DNA of 64,000 nucleotides from positions 736,001 to 800,000 of the forward strand of contig CBDCXV010000010.1 of assembly GCA_965223905.1 (NCBI GenBank), read 5' to 3'. The notes beneath the pieces are model-generated. The model was not told the DNA's origin and did not search any database. It saw only the letters and a program-made list of their open reading frames with translations. Positions 46,856 through 56,601 of the stretch are shown piece after piece. This DNA comes from Candidatus Latescibacterota bacterium (lineage in GTDB: Bacteria > Latescibacterota > UBA2968 > UBA8231). Every line of letters begins with the position of its first letter. Positions within the stretch are counted from its first letter, which is position 1. A program made the position numbers and the translations under genes.

Positions 46856-48787
46856 TCAGGGGATCCCGGCGCCGAGCTTGCGCCGGAGTTCCTCGTCGTC
46901 CGGCGTCAGCTCGAGAGCGCGCCGCCAGTGGGATGCCGCCTCCCCTTGTTTGCCGAGGGCCCTGGCGATGTCGCCGGCGTGATCGTAGATGATCGCCTGA
47001 TCCTCGTCGTCCTGATCGACGAGTCGTTCCATCGCCTTGGCGAGGAAGCGCTCGGCTTTCTCGAACTCGCCGAGGCGATAGTATGCCCATCCCAGGCTGT
47101 CGAGGAACGCCCCGTTTTGCGGATCGAGCGCCACCGCGCGGATCAACAGGCCCACAGCTTCCTCGAGGTGGATGCCTCGCTCCGCGTACATGTACCCGAG
47201 GTAGTTGAGGGCGTAGGCATCGCCGGGGTCGAGCTTGATCAGACGTTCGAAGGCGGCGATGGCGGCATCGAAGTGAGCGGCGGAGTCGGGCAGGCTGCGC
47301 GACGCCTGCTCCAGGCAGCTGCCGAGGTAGAACAGCGGGATCGTGTCTGAGCTGTCCAGCTCGGTCGCCTGCCTCAGCTTCTCTATTGCTTCCTGCCAGC
47401 GCCCCAGGTTCTCCAGGGCGATCCCGGAGTGCAGGTAGGCTTCGCCGAGGCTGAAATCGTCGGACGCCTCCCCGGCAGCCTTGCTGAAGCTTCCGAGCGC
47501 CTCGAGCCAGCGTTCCTGGCGTCCGAGGACGATTCCCCAGCGTATGTACATCGGTACCGGCGGGGCGCCGGCCGCGAGACCGTGGCGGTAGACATCGATC
47601 GCCTTCTCGTACTGCTCCTGCTGCTCGTAGGTGTAGCCCCAACGCTCGAGCAGATCGACGTTGCGGGGCTGCCGCTCCAGTCCGCCGCGGAAGGTGGCGA
47701 TCGCCTCTTCGTAGCGCTCCTGCCGGGCCAGGGCCTGTCCCCAGAAAAGGTAGAGATCGACGCTGTCCGGCATCGCCTCGATGGCTTCGCTCAAAAGCTC
47801 GTCGACGCGGTCGTGCTCCTCCAGGTGCAGGTAGTAGCGCGCCGGGTCGAGCCTGGCCTCGACCCGGTCGGGCTGCAGCCGGACGATGCGCTCGAAAACA
47901 GTCGCCGCGAGCTCATACCTCTCAACGGCTGCCAGGGCCTCGCCGAGCCGGTACAGGAACGCGGGATCCGCCCCGTCGAATCGGGACAGGTCCTCCGGAC
48001 CGTCGAGCAGGCGCGCGAGCTCCGACATGATCGCCGCGTTTTCCGGAAGATGATGCGCAGCGGCGACGAAATGCTCGATGGCGCGCTCGCGGTCCCCCCG
48101 CGACAGGTAAATCTCAGCGAGACCGATCCAGGCTTCCCCCGAGTCGGGGTTTTCCTTGAGGATTTCCCGAAAGATCCCCTCCGCCCGATCCGGTTGGCCG
48201 CTGCGGGAAAGGGTGTACGAAATGTTTATGCGAATATCCTCCGGCGTGTCCTCTCGCGACAGGAGATCGTCGAAGAGCCGATCTATGCGGCCGGTCTCCC
48301 CCGTCTCCTGGTAGAGGCGCGCCAAGTGGGAGTAGAACGGCCACCTGGCCGGCTGGTGCGCGATCAGCTGTTCGAGATGGACCGCCGCGGCCGCGGGGTT
48401 GTCCGCGGATTCGTACCAGCGGATCAGTTGCAACCGCAGCTCGTCGAGACCGGGATCGAGATCTAGCGCCTTGGCCCCGAAGACGATTGCCTGCTCGTAA
48501 TCCTCGATTTTTTCGTAGTGGTCGGCGAGGCGCGCGTAGATGGTCGGCGAGGTCGGATCGAGATCCGCAGCGCTGCGCAGTGCGACAATGGCTCCGAACG
48601 GGTTCTCCTGTTTCTCGAACACCTTCGCCTGCATGAAATACTGCATAGCCCGCTGGCGCTGCCGCGATTGCTCCTCTTCCGCGGCGCTGTCCTGATTGCC
48701 GGGCCACAGGGGGGCCCCACAGCCGCCGAGGGAGTGCCCCGCGGCCACCGCCGCGGTCCAGAAGAGAGCCAGGCCGCGCTTTCTCAC
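46856..48787 (-). CDS. Tetratricopeptide-repeat lipoprotein
   Basis: GTG overlapping the dppC stop; SLGGC lipobox-like; many TPRs; ALNYLGY.YA, DSLGWAYY.LG, DH.GD C-terminus. Confidence 0.9.
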   Translation of the reverse strand: MRKRGLALFWTAAVAAGHSLGGCGAPLWPGNQDSAAEEEQSRQRQRAMQYFMQAKVFEKQENPFGAIVALRSAADLDPTSPTIYARLADHYEKIEDYEQAIVFGAKALDLDPGLDELRLQLIRWYESADNPAAAAVHLEQLIAHQPARWPFYSHLARLYQETGETGRIDRLFDDLLSREDTPEDIRINISYTLSRSGQPDRAEGIFREILKENPDSGEAWIGLAEIYLSRGDRERAIEHFVAAAHHLPENAAIMSELARLLDGPEDLSRFDGADPAFLYRLGEALAAVERYELAATVFERIVRLQPDRVEARLDPARYYLHLEEHDRVDELLSEAIEAMPDSVDLYLFWGQALARQERYEEAIATFRGGLERQPRNVDLLERWGYTYEQQEQYEKAIDVYRHGLAAGAPPVPMYIRWGIVLGRQERWLEALGSFSKAAGEASDDFSLGEAYLHSGIALENLGRWQEAIEKLRQATELDSSDTIPLFYLGSCLEQASRSLPDSAAHFDAAIAAFERLIKLDPGDAYALNYLGYMYAERGIHLEEAVGLLIRAVALDPQNGAFLDSLGWAYYRLGEFEKAERFLAKAMERLVDQDDEDQAIIYDHAGDIARALGKQGEAASHWRRALELTPDDEELRRKLGAGIP

Positions 48788-49677
48788 GCCCTGGCCTCCG
48801 CGGCGATGCGGTCGCCGGCGCGCGGATCGAGGAGGTCGCGAAGGCCGTCGCCGAAGAGGTTGAACCCGAGAGCGACGACGAAGATCGCCAGTCCGGGGAA
48901 TACCATCACCCACGGCGCCACGATCAGGAGCTCGCGCCCGCTGTTCAGCATCGCCCCCCATTCGGGGGCCGGGGGCTGGGCGCCGAGTCCGAGAAAGCTG
49001 AGCCCCGCGGCGTCGAGGATGGCGGTGGCGAGGCTCAGGCTGCCCTGGACGATCAGGGGGGCCAGGCAGTTCGGCAGGATGGCGCGCAATACGATGCGCC
49101 GGTCCCCGGCTCCCAGGGCCCTGGCCGCCTCGACGTAGGGCATCTGCGCCACCGCGAGCACGGTCGCCCGCATCAGGCGCGCGAACTGCGGAACAAGAAC
49201 GATGCCGACGGCAACGATCGCGTTGTCGATGCCGGGGCCGATGACGGAGACCACCGCGATGGCGAGCAGAATGCTGGGAAAGGCGAGCATCAGGTCGACC
49301 ACCCTCATCAGGGCGGTGTCGACGGCGCCGCCGAAGTAGCCGGCGGTTACCCCGATCAGCGTGCCCGAGGTGAGGGCGATGGCGATGCAGACGATCCCGA
49401 TGCGCAGGGAAATGCGCGCTCCGTAGAGGATGCGGCTGAAGATGTCGCGCCCGAACTCGTCGGTGCCGAGCGGATTCGAAAGCGAGGGAGGGGCGAGCCG
49501 CTGGTAGAGGTTCTGCTCGAACGGATCGCTGGGAGCGAGAACCGGTGCGAACAGGGCCGCAACGACCAGCCCGGCGACGATCGCAGCCCCGCAGACGGCC
49601 AGCGGATGGCGGCGCAGAGACCGCTGCAGCGAACGGCCCCTCACCTGCACCGGCGCCCAGGCGCCGGCCGGGACCAT
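48784..49677 (-). CDS. dppC: Dipeptide ABC permease (start uncertain)
   Basis: LGTD..GRD.FSR..YGARISL, YVEAARALG, GLSFLGLG.QPP.PEWG, GDGLRD.LDP. Confidence 0.93.
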   Translation of the reverse strand: MVPAGAWAPVQVRGRSLQRSLRRHPLAVCGAAIVAGLVVAALFAPVLAPSDPFEQNLYQRLAPPSLSNPLGTDEFGRDIFSRILYGARISLRIGIVCIAIALTSGTLIGVTAGYFGGAVDTALMRVVDLMLAFPSILLAIAVVSVIGPGIDNAIVAVGIVLVPQFARLMRATVLAVAQMPYVEAARALGAGDRRIVLRAILPNCLAPLIVQGSLSLATAILDAAGLSFLGLGAQPPAPEWGAMLNSGRELLIVAPWVMVFPGLAIFVVALGFNLFGDGLRDLLDPRAGDRIAAEARA

Positions 49678-49834
49678 GACCGCGGCCCGGGGAGAATCTG
49701 TATCATGTCCGGCATGTCGAGGAACTCTTCTTTCCCTGTCGGCGCCCGTCCTCTCTTTGGGCACAGTCGCGCTGGCATGACAATCAATATACGGGTTGCC
49801 GCCCCGGCCTGGTTGGCGCAGGCCCCCGGGTGCG

Positions 49835-52065
49835 CTAGGCCTGGCTTCGCCTCAGTATCACCGCAGCCAGCGGCGGCAGGGTCACCGGCGCCGAGCAGTC
49901 CAGGCCGTGCCAGGGGTTCGGGGAAGCTTCCATCCCGGCGCCATTCCCGCCGCCGCCGCCGTAGACCTCTGCGTCCGTGTTGAGGAGCTCCTCGTACCGA
50001 CCCGGCATCGGCACCCCGAGCCGGTAACCCCGGCGCGTAACCGAAGAGAAGTTGCACGCAAACACGAGCTCTCCGTCCGCGGCCTCCTCCGACATGCGCC
50101 GGAACGACAGAGTGCTGCCGTCCGCGTCGTGGCAGTCGATCCACTCGAAGCCGGCAGGATCGGCGTCGAGGCGGTGGAGGCACGGGTACTCGCGGTAGAG
50201 GACATTGAGGTCCCTGGCCAGGCGCTGGATTCCCCGGTGGGGGGCGTGCTCGAGCAGATGCCAGTCGAGCGCCCGGTTGCAGTCCCACTCCGACCACTGC
50301 CCGAACTCGCCTCCCATGAACAGGAGCTTCTTCCCCGGGTGCCCGTACATGAAGGCGAGCAGCAGCCGCAGGTTGGCAAACCGCTCCCGATCGCTGCCCG
50401 GCATGCGCCCCAGCAGGGATCCCTTGCCGTGAACGACCTCGTCGTGCGACAGCGGCAGCACGAAGTTCCGCCATAGGCGTAGAGCATGCCGAAGGTGAGG
50501 TCGGACTGGTGGTGCCTGCGGTGCACCGGATCGCGCGACATGTAGCGCAGGACGTCGTTCATCCAGCCCATGTTCCACTTGTACCCGAACCCGAGCCCCC
50601 CATCCGCGGCAGGCCGCGAAACCCCCGGCCAGGAGGTCGACTCCTCGGCAATGGTCAGCGCTCCGGGAAATCGCTTCCCGATTTCAGTATTCATCCGTCT
50701 CATGAAATCGACCGCCTCGAGGTTTTCCCTCCCTCCCTGCGCGTTGGGAACCCACTCCCCCTCCCGGCGCGAGTAGTCGAGGTAGAGCATCGAGGCGACG
50801 GCGTCGACGCGCAGGCCGTCGACGTGATAGCGGTCGAACCAGAAGCGGGCGTTGGAGAGCAGGAAGCTCGCCACTTCCCGGCGTCCGGAATTGAAGATCG
50901 AGGTGCCCCAGTCCGGGTGCCGCCCCTGGCGTGGGTCGGCGTGCTCGTACAGGTGGGTTCCGTCGAAGCGGGCCAGCCCGTGGGCGTCGTCCGGAAAATG
51001 GCCCGGCACCCAGTCGATCAGCACGCCGATGCCGCGGCGGTGGCACAGATCGACGAACCAGGCGAAATCGGCCGGCTCCCCGAAACGGGCCGTCGGCGCG
51101 AAGTACCCGGAGACCTGGTATCCCCAGGAGCCTCCGAAGGGGTGCTCGGCCACCGGCATAAGCTCGACGTGGGTGTAGCCGAGCTCGGCGACGTAGTCGA
51201 CCAGCGGCTGCGCCAGCTCGCGGTATCCGAGGGTGCGGCCCCCCTCCCCGCGGCGCCACGATCCGAGGTGGACCTCGTAAATCGCGAGCGGCTCCCGCAG
51301 CCATTCGCGCTCGCCGCGGGTGCGCATCCAGTCTGCATCGCTCCACTGGAAGGCGGTGAGATCGCATGCGACCGAGGCGGTGCGCGGCGGCGCTTCGCTG
51401 CGGAAGGCATAGGGGTCGGCCTTGAGCAGGAGCTCTCCGCCCGCGGTCCTGATCTCGTACTTGTAGACAGCGCCGGCGCCCAGGTGGGGGACGAACAGTT
51501 CCCATAAGCCCGAGCCGCGGCGACGGCGCATGGGGTGGCGCCTTCCGTCCCAGCCGTTGTAGTCCCCGACGACGCTGACCCTCGAGGCGGCAGGTGCCCA
51601 GAGAGCGAACGCCACCCCGTCACAACCCTCCTTTGTGCACAGGTGGGCCTCCAGGAAGCGGTCGGCTTCGCAGTGGGTTCCTTCGTTGAACAGGTACTGG
51701 TCGTAGTCGCCGACGAACGGCGGGAAGGAATAGGGATCCCGCTCTACCGCCACCTCCCCGCGGCGGTCAGTGGTCTCCAGCTCGTAGGGAAACGGGTCGC
51801 GGCTGGCGATGACCGCCTCGAACAGACCCTCGGGATGGATGCGTCTGCCTTCGAAGCGGGCGCCGTCGGGGGCGCGCACGGTCACCGCGCGGGCATCCGG
51901 CCTGAAGACACGCACTCCGAGGGTGCCGTCCGGCCGCGGATGCATTCCGAGAAAGGAGAAAGGGTCGTCGTGCTCGGCAGCGAGGAGAAGCCGGATGTCC
52001 CGGGCATGCTCCCGCGCACCTGCTTCGCTCTGTCCGCCGGGGCGTTGGGAACCGCGCGAGGCCAT
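49835..52065 (-). pseudogene. glgB: 1,4-alpha-glucan branching enzyme with a 1-nt deletion near 50468 (or sequencing error)
   Basis: WAP.A..VSVVGD, YEVHLGSW, SWGYQ, RVDAVASM, AEEST; NFVLPLSHDEVVHGK resumes in another frame. Confidence 0.88.
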
Positions 52066-52087
52066 CGGGAGGCCATCGGATGGACTG

Positions 52088-54076
52088 TCAGTCGCGGAAC
52101 GGTGCCGGTTCGTGTCGCCCTTCCGCTGCCGGGGCGGCGCGGTTGCTGGCGCAGCAGTCATTCACCTCGGCGGCAGGCGGGGAGGAAACGACGTTCTCGT
52201 GGGAGCAACAGACCTGTTCCTCGACGGGAGGCGGGGTGTGGCCTGCATCCGCGTGGGCACAGCAGTCGCTGCCCTCCGCGGCAGGCGCCGCGTCCTCGTG
52301 GGCGCAACAGTCGCTTCCGTCGGGGGAAGCGGCGTCCCCGGCGCTTTCGGGATGGACGTACCCTCCCCCGGTAGCGAACAGCTGACCGACGAACCCGCGC
52401 GGACCCCGGCGCAGCAGTGAAGTGGCCACCATCAGGGCCAGCGCCGCCAGGGAGATCTCCTGCAGTCCGGTGGAAGAGGAGTGGGCGTGATGCAGGGGGG
52501 TTCCCGGGAGAGCCGGTCCCCAGGCGTTGACGACATGCCCTGCGAGCACGGCCAGGCAGGCGATCCCGGCCCCGAACGCCAGGGCGATCCGGCGGCCGTG
52601 CAGCTGCGTGAGAATTCCGAAGGTGGTGACGTTCGTCGCCGGGCCGGTGAGCAGGAAGGCGAGCGCCGCCCCGGGGGATACGCCCTTGTAGATCAGGATC
52701 GCAACCAGAGGGGTGGCCCCGGAGGCGCACACGTACACCGGCATGCCGAGCAGGGCGAACAGCTCCACCTGGCCGAATCCGGCCGGCAGCAAGTCGACCC
52801 AGGCGGAATGGCTGGGCTCGACGACCGCGGCCAGTGCGAGACCGACCAGGATCCAGGGGGCGGTGGTGTCGACGACGTCGCGGAAACTCTCCCGGAACCT
52901 CGACAGACGCTCGCCGGCGCCGGGTGCCGCCGGGGCCGGGGCCGCAGCAGGGACGGCTCTCGGGGCGACGAAACGGCCGAGCAGCCAGCCGATCGCCAGC
53001 GCCACGAAGCCGGCCGCGGCCACTCTCGCAACGGTCATCTCTCCCCCGAGAAGGGGCAGTGATATCAGCAGGGCGTCGAGGCTGAGCTCGGGAGTCGCAA
53101 CGAGAAAGGCCATCCCCGCGGTGGCCGGGACCCCCTGCATGACGAGGCTGCGATACACCGGCACCACCCCGCAGGAACAGATCGGCAACGGCAGGCCGAA
53201 CCCCATCCCGCGAGCCGACTGCGACAGCGGCGAGCCGCGCCGCATCCAGTTGACGGAGGCCGGCGGCAGCAGGGCGTACACCAGGGCCGCGGCGACGTAG
53301 GCGAGCACCAGGGCAGGCGCACTCTGCAACCCCAAAGTGACGAAGACCTCCAATCCCCGGGACACCGCCGCGTCGAAATCATGGTATCCGCCGATGAGGG
53401 CCAGCAGGGCGATACCGGCGAGGCCTCCGAGACCGGCCCCCAGGCGAGCCTTCCGCGACGACTCGCCGCGGTTCGCAGGATGCGACCGCCGGAACAGGAG
53501 GTACAGCAGCGAGCCTGCTGCCGCGGCCTGGAAGATCCCCCACCCCCGGTTCTGCAGGAGCGCGGCGGCATCGCCGAAAGCAAGACCCCCCGCTGCCGCC
53601 GAGGCCGTGATCGCGAGCGCACCGAGGGCCCATCCCATGCCGTACCTCGGCCGCAGCAGAAACCAGATCGCCAAACCGACCGGCAGGCGGTGGAGAATCA
53701 CGGCCACCACCTGCGTCTGCGGGGAATTCGAGGAAACCGGCGCCGTCCCGCCGGCGAAGGCGTGCAGGATCAGCGCCGCCAGTCCGAGAAACAGGGCCGC
53801 GGCACGAGCCGGGCGGGCGAAACCGCTCAGCCTGCGCCCAATCAGCGGCGCTACGACGAGACCGGCGAGGATCGCGGCCGCGGCGGTCCAGCCGGCCAGG
53901 GAGATGCTGCCTGGAATGACGTGGAGAAGCACCAGACCGCCGACGGCGACGACGGCGAACCCGTCGAGGGCGGCCAGCAGCGAACGAGCCCCGCGAGCGA
54001 GCTGGTACAGCAGCGGGCCCGCGGCGACGGCGATCAGACCGGTAAACAGGAGCACGTGGATGGATTGGTTCTGCAA
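52088..54076 (-). CDS. SO_0444-type / DUF318 metal permease with N-terminal membrane domain and Cys-His repeat tail
   Basis: PLPICSCGVVP, AFL.ATPE, P.YVCASGATP, GPATN motifs. Confidence 0.85.
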   Translation of the reverse strand: MQNQSIHVLLFTGLIAVAAGPLLYQLARGARSLLAALDGFAVVAVGGLVLLHVIPGSISLAGWTAAAAILAGLVVAPLIGRRLSGFARPARAAALFLGLAALILHAFAGGTAPVSSNSPQTQVVAVILHRLPVGLAIWFLLRPRYGMGWALGALAITASAAAGGLAFGDAAALLQNRGWGIFQAAAAGSLLYLLFRRSHPANRGESSRKARLGAGLGGLAGIALLALIGGYHDFDAAVSRGLEVFVTLGLQSAPALVLAYVAAALVYALLPPASVNWMRRGSPLSQSARGMGFGLPLPICSCGVVPVYRSLVMQGVPATAGMAFLVATPELSLDALLISLPLLGGEMTVARVAAAGFVALAIGWLLGRFVAPRAVPAAAPAPAAPGAGERLSRFRESFRDVVDTTAPWILVGLALAAVVEPSHSAWVDLLPAGFGQVELFALLGMPVYVCASGATPLVAILIYKGVSPGAALAFLLTGPATNVTTFGILTQLHGRRIALAFGAGIACLAVLAGHVVNAWGPALPGTPLHHAHSSSTGLQEISLAALALMVATSLLRRGPRGFVGQLFATGGGYVHPESAGDAASPDGSDCCAHEDAAPAAEGSDCCAHADAGHTPPPVEEQVCCSHENVVSSPPAAEVNDCCASNRAAPAAEGRHEPAPFRD
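52146..52322 (-). repeat. Four degenerate coding repeats (CC(A/S)H-type)
   Basis: DGSDCCAHED / EGSDCCAHAD / EQVCCSHEN / VNDCCASN. Confidence 0.8.
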
Positions 54077-54370
54077 CTCGAAAACCTTGGACGGGATTGG
54101 TCAGATGCGTGGAATATGGCGCTCGGCCGCGCCGGCCCGCCACCGCGGTGCCCCCGGTTCCGGCAGGCAACCCCAGGAAAGCACGGAATCGGATCCGCCC
54201 GAAATGCCGGAGACCCGTGCTCCACACCGACGGTTGACGTGGTTAATGTACTTGTCCACCCACTGGCCTGCCATTGGGGGATTTGCCGGGCCGGAAAAGG
54301 GAGTGTTATCATCATTGCCTCCCCGGTACTCCCCCACCTCGGCCATTTTCCAACCTTCCCAGGACCTGTC

Positions 54371-55696
54371 GTGAAAACGGAACGCCTCGCCGGCTGGGGC
54401 AATCACCCCGTCATCGCGGGAAAGAGAAGGAAGGCGCGCGCCCTGCGGGACCTGGTGCGTTTCGCACGCGGTGCCGAACCGGTGCTGCCGCAGGGAAACT
54501 GCCGCAGCTACGGCGATGCCTGCCTGTTCCCCTCCGTGGTATCGACGCTGGGCCTGGACCGCCTGCTGTCGTTCGACCCGGAGACGGGGGTGTTGCGCGC
54601 CGAGGCCGGGGCCACTCTTGAAAAGATCATCCGCTTCTCCCTGCCCCTCGGCTGGTTTCTCCCGGTGACACCCGGGACCAAGTTCCCCACCCTCGGCGGC
54701 TGCATCGCCGCGGACATCCACGGCAAGAACCACCATCGCGACGGCTGCCTGAGCAACTTCGTCGACGAGCTCGACATGGTTATCCCCGACGGCTCCGTCA
54801 TTCGCTGCTCCCGCCACGACCACCCCGGGCTCTTCCGGGCCACCTTCGGCGGCATGGGCCTCACTGGGTTCGTGTACTCCGCGGCCCTGCGCCTGCGCAA
54901 GGTCTCCAACTCCTTCCTGCGCACGCGCACGGTCAGGACCGGCAATCTCGCCGAGTCCTGCCGGGTTCTGGTCGACACCCAGGAGGAGTTCCTCTACTCG
55001 GTCGCCTGGATCGACTGCCTCTCCCGGAACCCGGGGCGCGGTCTCGTCTCCCTCGGCAGGCACGCGGCCGCGGACGAGGTGAGGGGAAATCCGCATGCTC
55101 TCCACCGGCCGCAGCGTTTCGACCTGCCGCTGCCGCTGCCCGGTCCCTTCGTCAACCGGCTGACCGCGCGGCTGTTCAACGCCGCGTACTACCGCCGGCA
55201 ATGGCGCCGTCAGGCCGACTCCCTGACCCATTACGACCCCTTCTTCTACCCGCTCGACGCCGTCGGCAACTGGAACCGGGCTTATGGCCGCCGCGGGTTT
55301 CTGCAGTACCAGTTCGCCGTCCCGTTCGCTGACGGCGAGGGGGTGATCGAAGAGTTCATCGCGCGCCTCGGAAGCGGCGGGCACCTCACCACACTGGCCG
55401 TGCTCAAGACCTTCGGCCCCGAGGGGATGGGGCCGCTCTCCTTTCCCCTGCCCGGGTTCACTCTCGCCCTCGACCTGCCGGTCGGAGACGGCGGCGCAAT
55501 CGCGGCACTGAGGGAGCTCACAGCCCTGGTGACAGAGGCCGGGGGAAGGGTCTACCTCGCCAAGGACGCCGTCCTCGAACCGGAGCAGTTCCGCCGCATG
55601 TACCCGCGGCTCGACGAGTTCCGGGGCATCAAGCAGCAGTACGATCCGCAATGCCGGCTGCGCTCGCTGCAGTCGGACCGCCTGGGACTGACGTGA
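54371..55696 (+). CDS. FAD-binding oxidoreductase, DprE1-like
   Basis: GWG, G..RSYGDA, PVTPGTK..TLGG.IAAD.HGKNHH, YG..GF.QYQF, GGRVYLAKD. Confidence 0.9.
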   Translation: MKTERLAGWGNHPVIAGKRRKARALRDLVRFARGAEPVLPQGNCRSYGDACLFPSVVSTLGLDRLLSFDPETGVLRAEAGATLEKIIRFSLPLGWFLPVTPGTKFPTLGGCIAADIHGKNHHRDGCLSNFVDELDMVIPDGSVIRCSRHDHPGLFRATFGGMGLTGFVYSAALRLRKVSNSFLRTRTVRTGNLAESCRVLVDTQEEFLYSVAWIDCLSRNPGRGLVSLGRHAAADEVRGNPHALHRPQRFDLPLPLPGPFVNRLTARLFNAAYYRRQWRRQADSLTHYDPFFYPLDAVGNWNRAYGRRGFLQYQFAVPFADGEGVIEEFIARLGSGGHLTTLAVLKTFGPEGMGPLSFPLPGFTLALDLPVGDGGAIAALRELTALVTEAGGRVYLAKDAVLEPEQFRRMYPRLDEFRGIKQQYDPQCRLRSLQSDRLGLT

Positions 55697-56430
55697 AGCG
55701 GGCCCTCGTACTCGGCGCGCGCTCCGAGATCGCCCAGGCCCTCGCCCGGCGCCTGGCCGCGCAAGGCTGGGGGCTCGTGCTGGCGGCGCGGCGCGTCGAG
55801 GAGCTCAGGCCCCTGGCCAGCGATCTCGAGCTGACCCTGAACTGCGAGGCGACCCTGCTCGAGTTCGACGCCCTCCAGTTCACGCAGCTTCCCCGTCTCG
55901 CCGCGCGGGTTCAGAAAGCGGCCGGGGAATTCGAGCTCGTCCTGCTCGTGTTCGGCTACATGGGAGACCAGGAGCAGGTGCGCCGCGACCCCGGGGAGAT
56001 GGTGCGCACCCTGGAGACCAACTTCACCGGGGCCGCCCTTACGCTCAGCCACCTCGCCAACTACCTCGAGGACCGGGGAAGCGGCGGGATCATCGCCGTC
56101 ACCTCGGTCGCCGGTGACCGCGGGCGCCAGTCGAACTACATGTACGGCGCCGCCAAGGGAGGCCTCGGCCTGTTCCTCCAGGGCCTGCGCAACCGCCTGC
56201 ATCGCGCCGGGGTTCACGTGCTCACCGTAAAACCGGGGTTCGTCGATACACCGATGACTGAAGGGCTGGAGGGGCTGTTTCTCGTGGCCTCTCCCGACCG
56301 CGTCGCCGGCGACATCCTGCGGGCCTGGGAGAAACGCCGCAACGTCGTCTACACCCCCTGGTTCTGGCGCTGGATCATGCTGGTGGTGCGGGTGCTGCCG
56401 GAGCGGATCTTCAAGAAGCTGTCGCTGTAG
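55693..56430 (+). CDS. Short-chain dehydrogenase, DprE2-like
   Basis: LGA.SEIA, SVAGDRGR.SNY.YG.AK, VKPGFVDT.MT; GTGA-coupled to the DprE1-like gene. Confidence 0.9.
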   Translation: MKRALVLGARSEIAQALARRLAAQGWGLVLAARRVEELRPLASDLELTLNCEATLLEFDALQFTQLPRLAARVQKAAGEFELVLLVFGYMGDQEQVRRDPGEMVRTLETNFTGAALTLSHLANYLEDRGSGGIIAVTSVAGDRGRQSNYMYGAAKGGLGLFLQGLRNRLHRAGVHVLTVKPGFVDTPMTEGLEGLFLVASPDRVAGDILRAWEKRRNVVYTPWFWRWIMLVVRVLPERIFKKLSL

Positions 56431-56601
56431 GCGCTGTCCCCCTCAAATCCGGCCGCTGCCCGAGCTCTCCCGTCGCAGATGAGCAGGGGCTTCCGACAGG
56501 TCCGCCGGGGGCGGATCGGAAGCGCTCCTAGAACGGATTGGATGCTGGCCGCAGCCCGACCGGGCACCGCAGCAGCCCGAGCGGCTACGTCCTGCAGGCT
56601 C

